This document shows, piece after piece, positions 44,489 through 55,530 of a DNA stretch of 64,000 bases. Each line of letters starts with the position of its first letter. The first letter of the stretch is position 1. The notes beneath the pieces are model-generated. The model was given only the letters and a program-made list of their open reading frames with translations. It made no database searches and was not told the origin of the DNA. The position numbers were made by a program, and so were the translations under genes. The stretch spans positions 157,300 through 221,299 of the forward strand of contig VXSC01000036.1 in NCBI GenBank assembly GCA_009838195.1, given 5' to 3'. The stretch is from Rhodothermaceae bacterium (GTDB taxonomy: Bacteria > Bacteroidota > Rhodothermia > Rhodothermales > Bin80).

Positions 44489-47400
44489 ATGCCTTACATC
44501 CTCCGCGCATTTTTTGCGCTTGCACTTCTGATTACATTCCCCGTTTCAGCGCAAGACAACTTGGTCAGCGAGACCGATTTCTCCGCTCTGAAACTTCGTA
44601 ATGTTGGCCCTGCATTTACTTCTGGCCGCATTGCTGACATTGCGATGCATCCTGAAGATGATAACGTGTGGTACGTTGCCGTAGGCAGTGGAGGAGTATG
44701 GAAAACGATCAATGCCGGAACCACTTGGGAGTCGCTCTTTGACGGTCAGGGGTCCTATTCAATTGGGGCGATAACCCTTGATTCGAGAAACCCACATACT
44801 GTTTGGGTGGGAACTGGTGAAAATGTCGGCGGACGGCATGTGGGCTACGGCGATGGCATCTACCGTAGCGATGACGGAGGCAATACCTGGAATAATATGG
44901 GCCTGAAGGAATCGAGGCATATCTCCCGGATCATTGTGCATCCCGATAATAGCGATGTGATCTGGGTGGCTGCACAGGGTCCACTATGGAACAGTGGTGG
45001 TGAGCGTGGACTCTATATGAGTACTGATGGTGGTGAGTCATGGGAACGCACACTCGGGGACGATGAATGGGTTGGGGTTACGGATTTAGTCATTGATCCG
45101 CGGGATCCCGCAGTTCTTTATGCCGCTACCTGGCAAAGACACAGGAATGTAGCCGCCTATATGGGAGGGGGGCCCGGCAGCGGACTCCACAGAAGCACGG
45201 ATGGTGGGCAAACCTGGACCCCGCTGACCAATGGTATCCCAAAGTCGAACCTAGGTAAGATCGGACTCGCGATTTCGCCGCAGAATCCCGACATCGTCTA
45301 TGCAGCCATCGAACTCGACTTGACGACGGGTGGCATTTTCATGTCTGCCGACCGGGGGGCATCCTGGGAGAAGATGTCTGATGCAGTGGCTGGCGCAACC
45401 GGTCCACACTATTACCAGGAGCTCTATGCCTCTCCGCACAAAGAGGGAACGATATACCTCATGGATGTGCGTGTTCAGGTCTCCCACGATCATGGTCGTA
45501 CCATTTCGCTCCTGGAGAACACGACAGATAAACATGTGGATAACCATGCAATGGGATTCCGGATGGATGACCCTGACTACATTCTCATGGGAACAGATGG
45601 AGGGCTTTTTGAAACGTTCGATGGCACGGAGACCTGGCATTTTATCGCGAATCTGCCGGTTACTCAATACTACAAGGTGGCGGTTGATGATCAGGAACCC
45701 TTTTATCGCATCTTTGGCGGGACACAGGACAATGGCTCTCACGGTGGCCCTTCCCAAACCGATAACCAGCACGGCATCCGCAATGCTGACTGGTTCAAAA
45801 CCCTTGGAGGAGACGGACATCAATCTGCGACTGAGCCCGGGAATCCCGACATTATGTACGCGCAATCGCAGCAAGGACGATTGCACCGTGTAGATCTCCT
45901 CACCGGAGAACAGACCTTAATTCAGCCGCAGGCTGGTCTCGGTGAAAAACACGAAAGATATAACTGGGATGCCCCTATTCTAGTAAGCCCACACGAACCC
46001 ACCACCATCTATTTTGGATCCTATCGTGTCTGGAAATCAACGGACCGAGGAGACAGCTGGGTGGCAATCTCTGGAGATTTAACTCGCGATCAGGAGCGGC
46101 TTGCCCTTCCGATTATGGGGCATGTCCAGAGCTATAATAATCCCTGGGATTTAAATGCCATGTCGGTCTACAACACGATCACATCGCTGGCCGAGTCCCC
46201 CGTTGAAGCAGGTCTCCTGTATGTAGGTACCGACGACGGTCTGATTCAGATTTCCGAGGATGACGGCCAGAATTGGCGAAGCGTAGAGGTTGGCAGCATT
46301 GATGGAATTCCATCCACCGCATTTGTCAATCACGTGTATGCCGACCTGCACGATGCCGATGTTGTCTATGCAGCTCTTGACGACCACAAGTTTGGGGATC
46401 TCTCTCCCTATCTGATCAAGAGCAGTGATCGTGGCCGCTCCTGGACATCCATTGCAGAGAACTTGCCGGACCGAACCCTGATTTGGCGGATCGTACAGGA
46501 TCACGTAAACCCGAACCTGCTCTTTACTGCAACGGAATTTGGAATTTACTTTACCATTGACGGGGGAGACCAATGGATTAAGCTTGCTTCCGACGCGAAT
46601 ATTTCATTCCGCGACCTCGTGATCCAGCAGCGGGAAAATGATCTTGTTGGTGCATCCTTTGGACGCGGATTCTTTGTACTTGACGACTACACTCCGCTTC
46701 GCGAAATCAGCACAGAGCTTCTTTCTCAGGATGCTCATCTATTCTCACCGCGTACAACTAGACTGTATGTTGAGCGTGACGTCGCGGGAGGATCGCAGGG
46801 AACCAACTACTACGCCGCTCCCAATCCGCCCTACGGTGCAACGTTCACGTATTACCTCCGTGAAGGATCAAAGACGCTTCGGCAGATTCGTCGGGAAAGA
46901 GAAAAGAAGATTGGTGCTGGCGAAGATGTTCCGTTTCCTGGATGGGATGCACTTGAAGCGGAGGAAAATGAGGTTCCCGACAAGGTTTATGTAGTAATCA
47001 GAGATGCAGCGAACCAAGTGGCTGGTCGTGTCTCGGGTAGTACCTCCAAAGGGATGCACCGTGTAACCTGGAACCTGAGATATCCTTCTTCTGCTGTTGT
47101 TACCCCAGGGAATACAGGGAATAATTCAAGCCAGTACCTTGCTTCCCCCGGTACCTATTCTGCGACGCTGGTACGAGTCAGTGATGGCGTGGAATCCGTA
47201 CTGTCCGGCCCAGTTACTCTTGAGATCGTTCCGCTTCGTGAACCTGCCCTTGCGGGAAAAACCCCCGATGAAATCAACACATATCGAGCAAGAGCCGCCT
47301 CACTCATGCAGCGCGCCAGTCTGCTCTCAGGATCTGTCTCAGAGAACCTCGAATTACTTGAAGCAATGGAAGCAGCACATCTGCGCGCCCCGAATCCCTC

Positions 47401-47710
47401 GTCTGATTTAACCGCAGAGTTGCATTCTGCCCGATCCGCACTCCTTGAAATCAATCTCATCCTGAGTGGCTACGAGTCGAAAGAGGGGCCAGGTGAGCGG
47501 GATGCTCCGACGGTCATGTCAAGATTGTTTGTCGGACAAAGTGGGCTCCGAACTACCTACGGACCCACGGCACTCCACGAGCAATCACTGGACGCAGGAG
47601 AGGCGCAACTAGGGGATCTGGAATCCGCACTGACCTCCTTTGTGGAAACCGTACTGCCCGCTGTGACCAGTGCTTTGGAAGCGACCGGTGCACCTCCCAT
47701 CAGAGAGTAG
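44489..47710 (+). CDS. Secreted BNR/Asp-box repeat protein (sortilin/VPS10- or GH74-like double propeller)
   Basis: Signal peptide plus at least 8 Asp-box motifs SxDxGxxW: SDDGGNTW, STDGGESW, STDGGQTW, SADRGASW, STDRGDSW, SEDDGQNW, SSDRGRSW, TIDGGDQW. Confidence 0.8.
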   Translation: MPYILRAFFALALLITFPVSAQDNLVSETDFSALKLRNVGPAFTSGRIADIAMHPEDDNVWYVAVGSGGVWKTINAGTTWESLFDGQGSYSIGAITLDSRNPHTVWVGTGENVGGRHVGYGDGIYRSDDGGNTWNNMGLKESRHISRIIVHPDNSDVIWVAAQGPLWNSGGERGLYMSTDGGESWERTLGDDEWVGVTDLVIDPRDPAVLYAATWQRHRNVAAYMGGGPGSGLHRSTDGGQTWTPLTNGIPKSNLGKIGLAISPQNPDIVYAAIELDLTTGGIFMSADRGASWEKMSDAVAGATGPHYYQELYASPHKEGTIYLMDVRVQVSHDHGRTISLLENTTDKHVDNHAMGFRMDDPDYILMGTDGGLFETFDGTETWHFIANLPVTQYYKVAVDDQEPFYRIFGGTQDNGSHGGPSQTDNQHGIRNADWFKTLGGDGHQSATEPGNPDIMYAQSQQGRLHRVDLLTGEQTLIQPQAGLGEKHERYNWDAPILVSPHEPTTIYFGSYRVWKSTDRGDSWVAISGDLTRDQERLALPIMGHVQSYNNPWDLNAMSVYNTITSLAESPVEAGLLYVGTDDGLIQISEDDGQNWRSVEVGSIDGIPSTAFVNHVYADLHDADVVYAALDDHKFGDLSPYLIKSSDRGRSWTSIAENLPDRTLIWRIVQDHVNPNLLFTATEFGIYFTIDGGDQWIKLASDANISFRDLVIQQRENDLVGASFGRGFFVLDDYTPLREISTELLSQDAHLFSPRTTRLYVERDVAGGSQGTNYYAAPNPPYGATFTYYLREGSKTLRQIRREREKKIGAGEDVPFPGWDALEAEENEVPDKVYVVIRDAANQVAGRVSGSTSKGMHRVTWNLRYPSSAVVTPGNTGNNSSQYLASPGTYSATLVRVSDGVESVLSGPVTLEIVPLREPALAGKTPDEINTYRARAASLMQRASLLSGSVSENLELLEAMEAAHLRAPNPSSDLTAELHSARSALLEINLILSGYESKEGPGERDAPTVMSRLFVGQSGLRTTYGPTALHEQSLDAGEAQLGDLESALTSFVETVLPAVTSALEATGAPPIRE

Positions 47711-47714
47711 GAGG

Positions 47715-48308
47715 CTATTCTCCAGGAACGGCGATGAGTTCAAAGGTGATCACGAGCTCATCGCCGGTCCTGAACTGGCCAAACATCATAGACGGTGGCT
47801 TGAGACCGTAATCGGTCATCAGCATCGTGTGCGTTCCCGTGAAATGAACGCTCCCGTCTTCCTGACTGACTCCTTCCACGGGAATCAGGATCTCTTGGGT
47901 TGTTGCCGCAATGGTCAGATTTCCTGTCGCGTTGAGCGTGAATGTACCGTCATCTGACGCAGCAAAATCTGACACGGATGCAAGCTCATATACAATCTCT
48001 GGATGCTCGTTAGCTTTGAGCGCCCCATACATACCCCGATCCATAATCGGGCTTTTTCTGCTTTTCATCATCTTTGACGGCACAACCAGCTGCACGGACA
48101 CCACACTGCCCTCTTCATCCATACTTAAGGTACCATCAATCTGCGTTGCATAAACACGCCATTCTGGTGTCGAATTTGACGTTCCGTCCACGTATAAATT
48201 GCTCTCGGAAGCTATCGTGTATTCCGTTGTCTGTGCATATACCGGTGCAACCAGTACTAGAGCAAGCACAAGTACATAGGCTAAAAGTCTCAAATTCAAA
48301 GAAGGCAT
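47715..48308 (-). CDS. YceI-like periplasmic protein
   Basis: Signal peptide and an 8-strand beta-barrel-like pattern with NATGNLTIAATTQEILIPVEG and MTDYGLKPP, resembling YceI family motifs. Confidence 0.6.
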   Translation of the reverse strand: MPSLNLRLLAYVLVLALVLVAPVYAQTTEYTIASESNLYVDGTSNSTPEWRVYATQIDGTLSMDEEGSVVSVQLVVPSKMMKSRKSPIMDRGMYGALKANEHPEIVYELASVSDFAASDDGTFTLNATGNLTIAATTQEILIPVEGVSQEDGSVHFTGTHTMLMTDYGLKPPSMMFGQFRTGDELVITFELIAVPGE

Positions 48309-48706
48309 GATCTGTCAACGATTTGGTGATATCAATTTTAGGCTAATGAGGGCAGAATTGTTTCAAATTATATGTTGACGCTTACCTGATTTATCTATTT
48401 CGGGAGGTTCCATGTCCATGAATTGGCCCCGCAATGCTCGCTTGATGGTAGCTAATCAAGCACGATAGAGCATAACGAATATATGAATGGCCCATCCCAT
48501 CTCAGATACATCCTAGAATACATCTGATCTCTTATGGGAACGCTATCTTATATTTTGTATCCTGTTTTCGGGAATTTCTCGGAAAATCTAGCTGATGGGG
48601 ATCGGACGAACCGCAGATGATTCTCCTATATGCCCTCTCATAAATCAATATTGCCCCCGATGATGGAAGGCAACGTGAAATTCAGTATCAGATTCCCCGA
48701 CTGATC

Positions 48707-49813
48707 ATGCTCAACCAAGCCGAGCATCTACGATATTCACGGCAAATCTCTCTAAATGAGCTAGGAGTTTCTGGGCAACAAAAACTCAAAGAATCTTCCG
48801 TGGCCATTGTCGGAGCAGGTGGGCTTGGATCCCCCCTTGCCTTCTACCTCACCGCTGCAGGCGTAGGGCACCTCGGGATTATTGACTTTGATATCGTAGA
48901 TGCGAGCAATCTCCATCGACAAATACTACATACCGATGAATTTATTGGAGTAGCAAAACTTGAGTCGGCTCTTGTCGCCCTAGAAGCCCGGAATCCTTAT
49001 GTCAAAATCACCCGGCATGATGTGCGCTTGCAACGAGATAATGCCATGGAAATTCTTGGCAACTATGATGTCGTTGCCGACTGTTCAGATAACTTTGCAA
49101 CACGCTACCTTGTCAATGACGCTTCTGTGCTTCTTGGCATTCCTAATGTTTATGGAAGTGTGTATCGGTTTGAAGGACAGATCACCGTTTTCGGGGATAC
49201 AGATGGCCCATGTTACCGCTGTCTACACCCCGCTGCACCCCCTGCGGGCCTGATCCCGAGTTGCGCCGAAAGTGGTGTCCTGGGAGTCTTACCCGGTATC
49301 ATCGGCACTCTGCAAGCCAGTGAGGTGTTGAAATTGCTGCTTGGCTTGGGTCAATCACTGATCGGCCGAATGATCCTGATCAATACATTAGCTGCAGACT
49401 GGCAAACTCTTGCAGTCCCAAAGAAATCTGACTGCCCCCTCTGCGGCGAATCTCCTACGATCGATGCGCTTATGGATTATGAGGAGTTATGCCCCTCAAT
49501 ACCAAGTATTCAAGCAAGAGAATTGAAACTGCTCAAGCAACACGACCTCCCCTTCTTCCTCCTTGACGTTCGGGAAATACACGAAGCGTCCGCCATGACT
49601 ATGGATGCAAACCTGCAAATTCCGCTGGGTGAATTATCTGGTCGATTATCAGAAATTACTGCAGATTTCAATGACCGTGTGATCGTGCACTGTCAAGCAG
49701 GTGTTCGCTCCAAGCACGCAGTACAATTGCTGCAGAGTGCAGGATATACCCGAGCAGCGAGCCTGGATGGTGGCATCCTAGCCTGGCTGGAGCAAAAAGA
49801 TGAGGATCCGTAA
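48707..49813 (+). CDS. moeB: ThiF/MoeB-type adenylyltransferase with C-terminal rhodanese domain (MoeZ-like)
   Basis: RYSRQISL, IVGAGGLGSPLAFYLTAAGVG, two CxxC pairs (CYRC, CPLC), and a rhodanese active-site loop HCQAGVRS. Confidence 0.85.
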   Translation: MLNQAEHLRYSRQISLNELGVSGQQKLKESSVAIVGAGGLGSPLAFYLTAAGVGHLGIIDFDIVDASNLHRQILHTDEFIGVAKLESALVALEARNPYVKITRHDVRLQRDNAMEILGNYDVVADCSDNFATRYLVNDASVLLGIPNVYGSVYRFEGQITVFGDTDGPCYRCLHPAAPPAGLIPSCAESGVLGVLPGIIGTLQASEVLKLLLGLGQSLIGRMILINTLAADWQTLAVPKKSDCPLCGESPTIDALMDYEELCPSIPSIQARELKLLKQHDLPFFLLDVREIHEASAMTMDANLQIPLGELSGRLSEITADFNDRVIVHCQAGVRSKHAVQLLQSAGYTRAASLDGGILAWLEQKDEDP

Positions 49814-49874
49814 TCGCTATGCCGCTATGAGCATGATCGAATGAGTCTGCAAGAGATTGACGGATCCTTGATGC

Positions 49875-51647
49875 CTAAGCCGTATCGCACTCTCTGTAAC
49901 CTCGCTGACGATCCTTTTGCACCAAAAAAGAGCCAATCGCCAAAATATCCATACGGGTATTATTGAAACAGTTCACTGCATCCTGAGGAGTGCATACGAT
50001 GGGCTCTCCTCGAACATTAAAGCTGGTATTGATGAGGACAGGGCATCCCGTCTTGACTTCAAATTCCTGCAGTAACCGGTAGAATAGGGGGTGATCCTGA
50101 CTGCACACTGTTTGAACACGGGCAGAACCATCTACATGGGTCACCGCTGCAATGGGCGACTCTATATTCTGCTGCCTCTCCAGACCATCTCCCTCTATGT
50201 GGGCCCCCTTGACCTGTGCGGTCAAAAGCATATACGGGCTTTCATTTTCGAGATCGAACCATTCACTGCATTTTTCCGCCAGCACTGCCGGTGCAAATGG
50301 TCGAAAACTCTCCCTGAACTTAATGGATCGATTCACATGTTGCTGCATCGCCAGGTTCCGGGGATCTGCCAAAATACTGCGGCTTCCCAATGCACGCGGA
50401 CCATATTCCATTCGTCCTTGAAACCAGCCGATCACTTTCTGACCTACCAATAATTCAGCGACCCGCCGACATAAAGCATCGTCATCCAGCTCCTCATATA
50501 GGAGTGAAGCGCAATCCAGTACCGTACGGATCTCGTCCGTTGTGTGTGAGGACCCCAATGTGGCACCCTTCATTGTATCGCGCCTGCCCACCTCGCGGGG
50601 AGATCGCATATATTGATGCCATGCCATCAACGCTGCACCGAGTGCGCCGCCCGCATCCCCGGAAGCAGGCTGGATCCATATTTTTTCAAAGAGACCTGAT
50701 TCCAAAATTTTCCCGTTCGCCACACAATTCAACGCAACTCCACCTGCCATACAGAGCTTCCGGTCACCTGAAACCTTGCCTGCCTGCCGAGCCATTTGCA
50801 GAACCGCGCGCTCGGTCACAACCTGGATAGAACGGGCAAGATCAATTTCTTTGCGAGTAATTGAAGATTCAGGAGTTCGGGCAGGACCATCAAAGAGGCG
50901 CTCAAATTCGCGAGAGTACATCCGCAGTCCCCATGGAAAAGCAAAATACCGAAGATTCAGTCGGTAGGAGCCATCTTCTTTCAGGTCAATTAACTCGTCC
51001 AGAATCGTTTGTACATACTTTGGCTCTCCATACGGTGCCAACCCCATCAGTTTATATTCCCCGGAATTCACCCGAAAACCGCAATACCCCGTGAACGTGC
51101 TGTAGAGAAGCCCCAGCGAATGGGGGAAATGAATTTCTTTTTCAAGTACGAGGCGAGACTGATGACCAACTCCGATTGAGGTCGTTGCCCATTCCCCTAC
51201 TCCATCCGTTGTCAGGATTGCTGCCTGATCAAATGGGGACGGAAAAAAGGCACTCGCGGCATGGCTTTCATGGTGCTCACAGAATAGCAGCTTCCCACGA
51301 AAGCCGATCTCTTTACGAAGAATTTCCGGGATCCAAAGACTTCGCTTCAGCCACACTGGCATGGCCTTCAGAAAGGACGGAATTCCCCGGGGAACACTCG
51401 CCAGGTATGTCTCCAGGATCCTTTCGAATTTCTGAAACGGCTTATCGTAGTATGCAACTGCACTAAGTTCTTCCGCTTTGATTCCCGCATGACCAAGACA
51501 CCAGTTAATCGCATTCACGGGCAGTGACGCATCATGCTTGATCCGTGTAAAGCGTTCTTCCTGAGCAGCCGCAAGGATTTCCCCGTCCCTCAGTAAACAG
51601 GCAGCTGCATCATGATACCAACAGCTGATGCCGAGAATATAGGTCAT
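49875..51647 (-). CDS. Carbamoyltransferase (NodU/CmcH family)
   Basis: ILGISCWYHDAAACLLRDGEILAAAQEERFTRIKHD and the C-terminal YLINTSFN-like motif (VLINTSFNVRGEPIV). ATG 51647 overlaps the valS stop (ATGA). Confidence 0.85.
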   Translation of the reverse strand: MTYILGISCWYHDAAACLLRDGEILAAAQEERFTRIKHDASLPVNAINWCLGHAGIKAEELSAVAYYDKPFQKFERILETYLASVPRGIPSFLKAMPVWLKRSLWIPEILRKEIGFRGKLLFCEHHESHAASAFFPSPFDQAAILTTDGVGEWATTSIGVGHQSRLVLEKEIHFPHSLGLLYSTFTGYCGFRVNSGEYKLMGLAPYGEPKYVQTILDELIDLKEDGSYRLNLRYFAFPWGLRMYSREFERLFDGPARTPESSITRKEIDLARSIQVVTERAVLQMARQAGKVSGDRKLCMAGGVALNCVANGKILESGLFEKIWIQPASGDAGGALGAALMAWHQYMRSPREVGRRDTMKGATLGSSHTTDEIRTVLDCASLLYEELDDDALCRRVAELLVGQKVIGWFQGRMEYGPRALGSRSILADPRNLAMQQHVNRSIKFRESFRPFAPAVLAEKCSEWFDLENESPYMLLTAQVKGAHIEGDGLERQQNIESPIAAVTHVDGSARVQTVCSQDHPLFYRLLQEFEVKTGCPVLINTSFNVRGEPIVCTPQDAVNCFNNTRMDILAIGSFLVQKDRQRGYRECDTA

Positions 51648-54307
51648 GTTTCCGACCAAGCCGCCAGACTGTCACGTAATTTTTTAATTTCTGCCTTGGC
51701 ATCTGCCTCTTTTTGGCGCTCAAGCTCAACTACTTTGGCAGGTGCACGGCTGATAAATTTTTCGTTCTGCAGTTTTTTCTGGACTCGAAACAGGAAGCCT
51801 TCTTTCTGAGATAAGTCTTTGGTCAGACGCTCACGCTCCTCTGCCGGATCGACCATACCCTGGACGTAAACCACCGCAGAACCCACCACCGTAGAGGTGC
51901 TCTGAGGTGGTTTGGGAAGATCTACTCCCACATGCAAACGCTCTACGCGGGCAAGCTTGGCGAAATACTCTGTATGGGCAATCATCACTTCAGTCAATCC
52001 CGACTGCTCTTCTGATACACTCAGGGTCACTTCTATCTTTTTCCCGGGAGCAACCCCATAGCGGCTGCGAAGATGCCGGATTGATGTGACTGCCTCTTGC
52101 AGAAATGTAAACTGCTCCGCTCCAACGGTATCACGTTCATCATTGGCAACTGGCCATCTGGAAACCATACACGCCTCGCCCTCAGCACGAGGACGAAGAC
52201 GATGCCAGAGCTCTTCCGTGATAAATGGCATAAATGGATGCAGGAGTTGAATCAATTGCTCATAGATCTCTATGGCAAGTGCAATACTCTCCTCGGACAA
52301 GGTTGAACCAGATTGGGGTTTGACCAATTCCAGATACCAGTCACAATAATCACTCCGAAACGTCGTGTACAGGAGGTTCGCCGCTTCATTCAACCGGTAA
52401 CGGACCAGAGCTCCTTCTACAGATTCGATGCACTCGGCAAGCCGCGTAAGCATCCAACGCTCGACTAATTCAAGCTCTTCGATGGATCTGGTGCGCCGAT
52501 ATTCTTTCTTGGGTTCAATAAACCGCCCGAATACATTAAATGCATTCCAGATCTTGTTAGAAAAATTCCGCCCCATCTGAAAGCCCGCGGGATCCAGTCG
52601 GATATCCTGGCCCTGTGCACACAAGATCGTGAGATAAAACCGAACGGCATCCGCACCATACTCTTCAATCAATTCCAACGGATCAATCCCGTTCCCTAGA
52701 CTCTTGGACATCCAGCGACCAAGTTTGTCCTTGATCATACCGGTGATAAATATATCCCGATAAGGCACTTGCCCGGTGAAATAGAGTGAGGCCATAATCA
52801 TGCGGGCAATCCAGAAAAACAGGATATCGTACCCCGATACCAGTACATCTGTCGGGTGAAAGTACTCCAGATCCGCCTGGGTTTCCGGGTCTTCCTCCGG
52901 CCAGCCAAGCGTGGCAAACGGAAAGAGCCAAGATGAAAACCAAGTGTCCAGCACATCTTCCTCCTGGACCATGCCTGGCTCTGGTTGCTCGATCGAAACC
53001 ACGAACCCTTGAGCTTCATCAACCTCGCCTCTGGAATCCGTATAGTACCAAACTGGAATTCGGTGCCCCCACCATAATTGGCGGCTGATACACCAATCCC
53101 GAATCCCTTCCAGCCAGCGGAAATACTCGTTCTCCCATCGCCGTGGATAGAACTTGATCGTCCCATCCCTCACCGCAGTGATCGCAGGTTCCGCCAATGG
53201 CTTCATTTTCACAAACCATTGACGAGACAAAAGCGGTTCCACGACTGCCTTGGAGCGTTGTGAGATGGGAACGGTACTTTTATAAGGCTCGATTTTTCCA
53301 AGCAGTCCCCCTGCTTCCAGGTCTTTTACGATGCGCTCACGCGCCTCGAAGCGATCAATACCGGCATACGGGCCACACTCTTCAGTAAGCGTTCCATCCT
53401 CGGCAATCACACTGAAGATCTCCAATTCATGTCGCTTCCCCACCTCAAAATCATTCTTGTCATGACCTGGAGTAATTTTCAGTACCCCCGTTCCAAACTC
53501 CTGTTGGACATAATGATCGGCAATCACAGGGATGTTCCGTCCGGTCAGGGGCAGTTCTACTTGCTTATTGACCAGATCTGTATAACGTTCATCCTTGGGA
53601 TTCACGGCAACCGCTACATCACCCAACATCGTTTCCGGGCGGGTGGTCGCAACAGTAATATGCCCGGATCCATCTGCCAATGGATAACGGATATGCCAGA
53701 GAAACCCATCGCGCTCAACGTTGTCCACCTCTTCGTCAGAAAGTGCAGTCCGGTCTTTTGGACACCAGTTTACAAGGTAATGTCCCCGATAAATGAGCCC
53801 CGCTTCGTACAATTTCACAAAGACAGTCTGCACTGCCTTCACGTATCCAGGATCCATTGTGAACCGTTCGCGCTCCCAGTCGCATGAGTCTCCTAAACGG
53901 CGTTTTTGCTGAAGAATCCGGTCTCCATATTCATCCACCCACTCCCAGACCTTTTCGATAAAGGCCTCCCGCCCCAGATCAAAACGACTTTTCTTTTCCT
54001 CTTCCTTCAGGGCACGCTCTACAACATTTTGCGTGGCAATCCCGGCGTGATCCTTGCCTGGCATCCACAATGCCTCTCTGCCCTGCATACGACGCATCCG
54101 AGTCAATGCGTCCTGGACCGTATCCTGAAGCGCATGTCCCATGTGCAGGGCTCCCGTCACATTGGGAGGCGGCATCATAATCGTGTGGGGTGGGTGCCCA
54201 CTCAAACGATCAGCCCGAAAAAATCCTTTGGACTCCCAGTACTCATACCAGCGAGCTTCTGTTGTTTTGGGATCATAAGGCGATGTACGCCCCCTCTTGT
54301 CTTTCAT
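51644..54307 (-). CDS. valS: Valine--tRNA ligase
   Basis: HIGH motif PPPNVTGALHMGHA, KMSKS motif WMSKSLGN, and a C-terminal coiled coil. Confidence 0.97.
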   Translation of the reverse strand: MKDKRGRTSPYDPKTTEARWYEYWESKGFFRADRLSGHPPHTIMMPPPNVTGALHMGHALQDTVQDALTRMRRMQGREALWMPGKDHAGIATQNVVERALKEEEKKSRFDLGREAFIEKVWEWVDEYGDRILQQKRRLGDSCDWERERFTMDPGYVKAVQTVFVKLYEAGLIYRGHYLVNWCPKDRTALSDEEVDNVERDGFLWHIRYPLADGSGHITVATTRPETMLGDVAVAVNPKDERYTDLVNKQVELPLTGRNIPVIADHYVQQEFGTGVLKITPGHDKNDFEVGKRHELEIFSVIAEDGTLTEECGPYAGIDRFEARERIVKDLEAGGLLGKIEPYKSTVPISQRSKAVVEPLLSRQWFVKMKPLAEPAITAVRDGTIKFYPRRWENEYFRWLEGIRDWCISRQLWWGHRIPVWYYTDSRGEVDEAQGFVVSIEQPEPGMVQEEDVLDTWFSSWLFPFATLGWPEEDPETQADLEYFHPTDVLVSGYDILFFWIARMIMASLYFTGQVPYRDIFITGMIKDKLGRWMSKSLGNGIDPLELIEEYGADAVRFYLTILCAQGQDIRLDPAGFQMGRNFSNKIWNAFNVFGRFIEPKKEYRRTRSIEELELVERWMLTRLAECIESVEGALVRYRLNEAANLLYTTFRSDYCDWYLELVKPQSGSTLSEESIALAIEIYEQLIQLLHPFMPFITEELWHRLRPRAEGEACMVSRWPVANDERDTVGAEQFTFLQEAVTSIRHLRSRYGVAPGKKIEVTLSVSEEQSGLTEVMIAHTEYFAKLARVERLHVGVDLPKPPQSTSTVVGSAVVYVQGMVDPAEERERLTKDLSQKEGFLFRVQKKLQNEKFISRAPAKVVELERQKEADAKAEIKKLRDSLAAWSET

Positions 54308-54335
54308 TCCACCGATATCGTGTTAAAAGATGCTC

Positions 54336-55520
54336 TTAGGTGGTATCCGCAAAACGTTTCCGCATCTCATCCAGAGAATCTGCGCCGAATTTTTCCAAGA
54401 ATGCATTGGCGATTACCCAAGCTACGGTCGCCTCCGCTACGGTAGAGGCCGCAGGGACGCTAGTCACGTCACTTCGTTCATAGCGCGTAGGCTGGGGCTC
54501 ACCGCTCGCCATATCCACCGTACCCAACGGTTTGATCAATGTGGGAATCGGCTTCATGTATCCCCGCACAATAATGGGCATCCCGTTCGTCATTCCACCT
54601 TCTAGTCCACCTGCACGATTAGATCCACGCTGATAATCTCGTGCATCATTCAGATAAATTTCATCGTGTACTTCTGAGCCCAGGCGTGACGTGTTCGCAA
54701 TTCCGTCACCAATCTCCACTGCTTTCTGAGCCTGGATTGAAAGGATTGCTTGGGCGAGTTGCCCAGTTAATCGCCGGTCCCAATGGACGTAGGACCCCAG
54801 CCCTGGCGGCACTCCCGTCACAATCACTTCGTAAACCCCTCCGAGTGAATCACCGGCGCTTTTTGCCTCCTTGATATGATCTACGCACGCGTTACTGAGT
54901 TCTTCATCAAGTATACGCACCTGGCTCTGGTCTGCCTGATCATTGACTGCCTCGGCGCCATTGCTTAGAAGTTCATTCCTTTGTTCGTACCAGCTCTCCT
55001 CATTTTGCCAACCAACCTTCCCGATCCGAAGTACGTGACTCCCCACCTGTATCCCAAATTCTTTGAGCAATTGACGAGCAACTGTACAGCATGCCACGCG
55101 CATGGCTGTTTCGCGTGCACTTGCGCGATCAATTACGGGTCGAATATCATCAAACCCATACTTGCGCACCCCTTCCAGATCTGCATGGCCAGGACGTGGC
55201 AAGGTGACCGGATCAATCCCCTCCCCATCCCCATCAAGGGCCATCACCTGTGGCCATCCACTCTTATCCCGAGTGTATGCTGCATTATCCAATCTCAGTG
55301 CAATAGGACTGGCAATTGTTTTGGAAAAACGCACGCCTGAGTAAATATGCACCTGATCCTGTTCGAACTTCGCTCGCCCTCCACGACCAAATCCCAGCCA
55401 GCGTCGAGCCAGATGGTGATTAATCATATCCGCCGTGAGTGGCACTCCTGACGGCATCCCCTCAACAATTCCAACCAGCGCCTCACCATGCGATTCGCCG
55501 GCGGTTAAGTATCGCAGCAT
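54336..55520 (-). CDS. aroC: Chorismate synthase
   Basis: MLRYLTAGESHGEALVGIVEGMPSG and GRSSARETAMRV-like motifs (ASARETAMRVA). Confidence 0.95.
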   Translation of the reverse strand: MLRYLTAGESHGEALVGIVEGMPSGVPLTADMINHHLARRWLGFGRGGRAKFEQDQVHIYSGVRFSKTIASPIALRLDNAAYTRDKSGWPQVMALDGDGEGIDPVTLPRPGHADLEGVRKYGFDDIRPVIDRASARETAMRVACCTVARQLLKEFGIQVGSHVLRIGKVGWQNEESWYEQRNELLSNGAEAVNDQADQSQVRILDEELSNACVDHIKEAKSAGDSLGGVYEVIVTGVPPGLGSYVHWDRRLTGQLAQAILSIQAQKAVEIGDGIANTSRLGSEVHDEIYLNDARDYQRGSNRAGGLEGGMTNGMPIIVRGYMKPIPTLIKPLGTVDMASGEPQPTRYERSDVTSVPAASTVAEATVAWVIANAFLEKFGADSLDEMRKRFADTT

Positions 55521-55530
55521 CAGAAGTGCA

